From Candidatus Spyradenecus sp. (GTDB taxonomy: Bacteria; Verrucomicrobiota; Verrucomicrobiia; Opitutales; UBA953), in contig JAZSKX010000002.1 of assembly GCA_045535075.1 (NCBI GenBank), positions 27,216-91,215 on the forward strand: a stretch of 64,000 bases of DNA, read 5' to 3'. The translations under genes were made by a program, and so were the position numbers. Below the pieces are notes generated by a model. It was not told the origin of the DNA, did not search any database, and saw nothing but the letters and a program-made list of their open reading frames with translations. Position 1 is the stretch's first letter; every line of letters starts with the position of its first letter. Positions 62,026 to 64,000 of the stretch are shown here, piece by piece.

Positions 62026-62916
62026 ATGAAAACTTTATTAAAATCTATACTTTTTGCTGTAATCACGGCGTTTGGCGTTCCCGCGTTTGCCGCGCCGGAA
62101 AACCACGAAGAATTTGCACAGCAATACATGCCGGAATCGCAAGCCGTGTTTGAACGTTTCCGCAAAGACTGCGCAGAAACACAAAAACTTCGCGAATCGC
62201 TCGCAGAGGATCTTCGCGTAATGAATCGTGTGCCTGATGAAGATGCCGGCTACTGCTCGCTTTCCGAAAAAATCACGGAACTCGAAAAACGCGAAGCCGA
62301 GTGGGCGAACACAATCAAAGACGCTTTTTTCAAGCACACGGCGGGGATGGCTACGTCCGAAAAACTCAACGATGCGGATGCCGAACTCGCGAAGAAATCC
62401 ATCGCGTGGGGGCAAAACTTTCTAGGTGGAATTCTTAAAAAAACAATAGCGAATTATGGCTCGCCAACAATGATGAAAATTCCCGGAAGCAGTCATTCAA
62501 TCGCAAAGTCTGTTGTTCCACTTACACTTTACAGGGCAATTACAGGAAGAAAGCCGTCGCAAGCATGGAAGGAAAACTCTCAATGGGTAGGCAGCGTCTC
62601 ATGGTACGAAGCAGTAGAATTTTGTAAAAAATTGACAACGCGAGATCGCGCCCTAGGACGAATTTCAAAAAATCAGGAATATCAACTTCCCGAGCTATAC
62701 GAGCTGCATCGCGCCGTAGAGACGGGGTTAGTTTCAGCGAACGGCGCAGAGTGGACAAGTACGGATCCGGATTACAGGGACACTGGCGTTCTTTATACAA
62801 GGTCATGGACGCCTGGGTTTGAGAAGCCTCATCAAAAGAAGGTGCACGATTGTCTATTCCGAGTCATCCTTGCTCCCACAAGCTTTTTCTCAATTTTTCA
62901 ACAAAGCCTTCAATAA
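62026..62916 (+). CDS. Secreted protein with a helical N-domain and a degenerate FGE/SUMF1-like C-domain
   Basis: Signal peptide ending AFA; VSWYEAVEFCKKLT...YQLP...AEWT...FRVIL. Confidence 0.65.
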   Translation: MKTLLKSILFAVITAFGVPAFAAPENHEEFAQQYMPESQAVFERFRKDCAETQKLRESLAEDLRVMNRVPDEDAGYCSLSEKITELEKREAEWANTIKDAFFKHTAGMATSEKLNDADAELAKKSIAWGQNFLGGILKKTIANYGSPTMMKIPGSSHSIAKSVVPLTLYRAITGRKPSQAWKENSQWVGSVSWYEAVEFCKKLTTRDRALGRISKNQEYQLPELYELHRAVETGLVSANGAEWTSTDPDYRDTGVLYTRSWTPGFEKPHQKKVHDCLFRVILAPTSFFSIFQQSLQ

Positions 62917-62924
62917 CGCAAACT

Positions 62925-63581
62925 ATGGCAGCATACAATTCTTTCATAACGAAACATTACGATATAGACTTCAACGATTTAAAAAATAAGAAGTTCTTAT
63001 CGTTTTTTCCGTGGGTTGGAGTAAGGTATTTAGAAAACCGTGTCGTCGTTGTCGGTAAATGGCATTTCGGAAACGATAATGCGTCCCATGAAGAATATAC
63101 GCGAGAAAGAGTTGCAGATAACGGGATACAGAAAAACGATGAAAATCCGTATAAACGTGCGACAAAAGTTCTCTTAGGAAGGGACCTTTCTACGATTGCG
63201 GATCGGGAAGCACTTTGGTCTCAACTCGCGTTTTTCAACTTAAAAAAAGGACAATATCCTGGGAACGATGTAAAAAATCACTTACTGGTAGAAGACGATT
63301 TTTATACGTTCGTAGAAATCGCAAAAATCATGCTTCCTAGATTCTTGTTGTTTGTTGATGTTTAGCTCGAAAACTACGGCAGCAAAGATTTTCTAGAAAA
63401 ATCGGGTGTCTCGGTGACTCCCATTAATTCTTTTGATGAAAAAGGAACGAACATAAAGGTCGAAATGGCACTCCTTTCGACAAGAACATGGAGTGCAATT
63501 TCAGTATTTACGAAGCTCTGTAACCAACCTTTCGTAGGGAATATCGATTCTGTAGAACGTTATATGCCTAAATTCTTTTGA
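62925..63581 (+). pseudogene. AT-rich gene (possibly UDG-like fold) interrupted by an in-frame TAG at 63363-63365
   Basis: FFPWVG..Y...VVVVG and W..LAFFN pattern; the same frame stays open 71 codons past the TAG to TGA at 63579. Confidence 0.5.
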
Positions 63582-64000
63582 TAGAGCCACAGGAAACAAA
63601 CGTTCCTCCGTGACGAAATCCGCAGCACGGGAACGTTTTTTCTAAATAAAATCTGTGGCCATCTGTTTTTATTCGTAGGTGAAAGGTTCCTATTCCATCG
63701 CGCTGCAGGAACTCCGACAGAGGGAACGGAGTCGTTTATGCGGCGCGTTTTTGTTGTTCGCGCCCCCCAAGCTCCGCTCGCGTGAAGTCTCTCCGAGGCA
63801 TTAGACACACCTCGTAAGGAGCATCCGAATCTTCGTCGTTTTGGGGCTTAATTTTGTTTCCGCGTAATTATCTACGTGGGAACGTTTTTTAGTCATTCAC
63901 TCCACACTCTTCCTTTTTTTTCCCATTTCTCCCGGTTGCTCCTTTTCAAGCCAGAGGCTTTTAATTCGTCCTTGCTTTTTTTAAATGCGAGGAGCCCGTT

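Noticed and set aside
1..64000. CRISPR array
   Set aside because: No regularly spaced 25-45 bp repeats with unique spacers; the frequent motif is short and dispersed.
1..64000. CGGGAACG as a Chi site, HIP1-type palindrome or pure codon artefact
   Set aside because: It is non-palindromic, roughly strand-balanced locally, present in several frames and in intergenic inverted pairs. Chi is disfavoured but can only be excluded genome-wide.

Overview
Bacterial chromosomal window, inferred to be Verrucomicrobiota (Opitutales-like) from two PEP-CTERM genes, a Verrucomicrobia/Planctomycetes-type conserved protein and an rpsP-trmD-rplS order lacking rimM. Most of it is housekeeping: tatC, pfk, xseA, recB/recD, yidC, an RND efflux operon, sufE, argH, gatC/gatA, acnA, trxA, tolQRA-like genes, dprA, tRNA-Ala(CGC), peptidases, holB and tadA. 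Four things stand out. (1) The non-palindromic motif CGGGAACG/CGTTCCCG is strongly over-represented on both strands, inside genes and as inverted pairs forming terminators, and is depleted in AT-rich foreign DNA. This is the signature of a DNA uptake sequence, which I do not know to be described in this phylum. (2) An ~12 kb integrase-less defence island (type I RM with a nested Hachiman pair, a decayed rhuM and a Fic gene) is bounded by a 42-bp duplication of the acnA 3' end. (3) Two PEP-CTERM genes share conserved flanks around unrelated central domains and have poly-G tracts in the promoter spacer; one is split by an in-frame TGA. (4) A four-helix-bundle gene between gatC and gatA is flanked by inverted heptamer arrays. 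All calls come from reading the sequence by eye; no searches were run.
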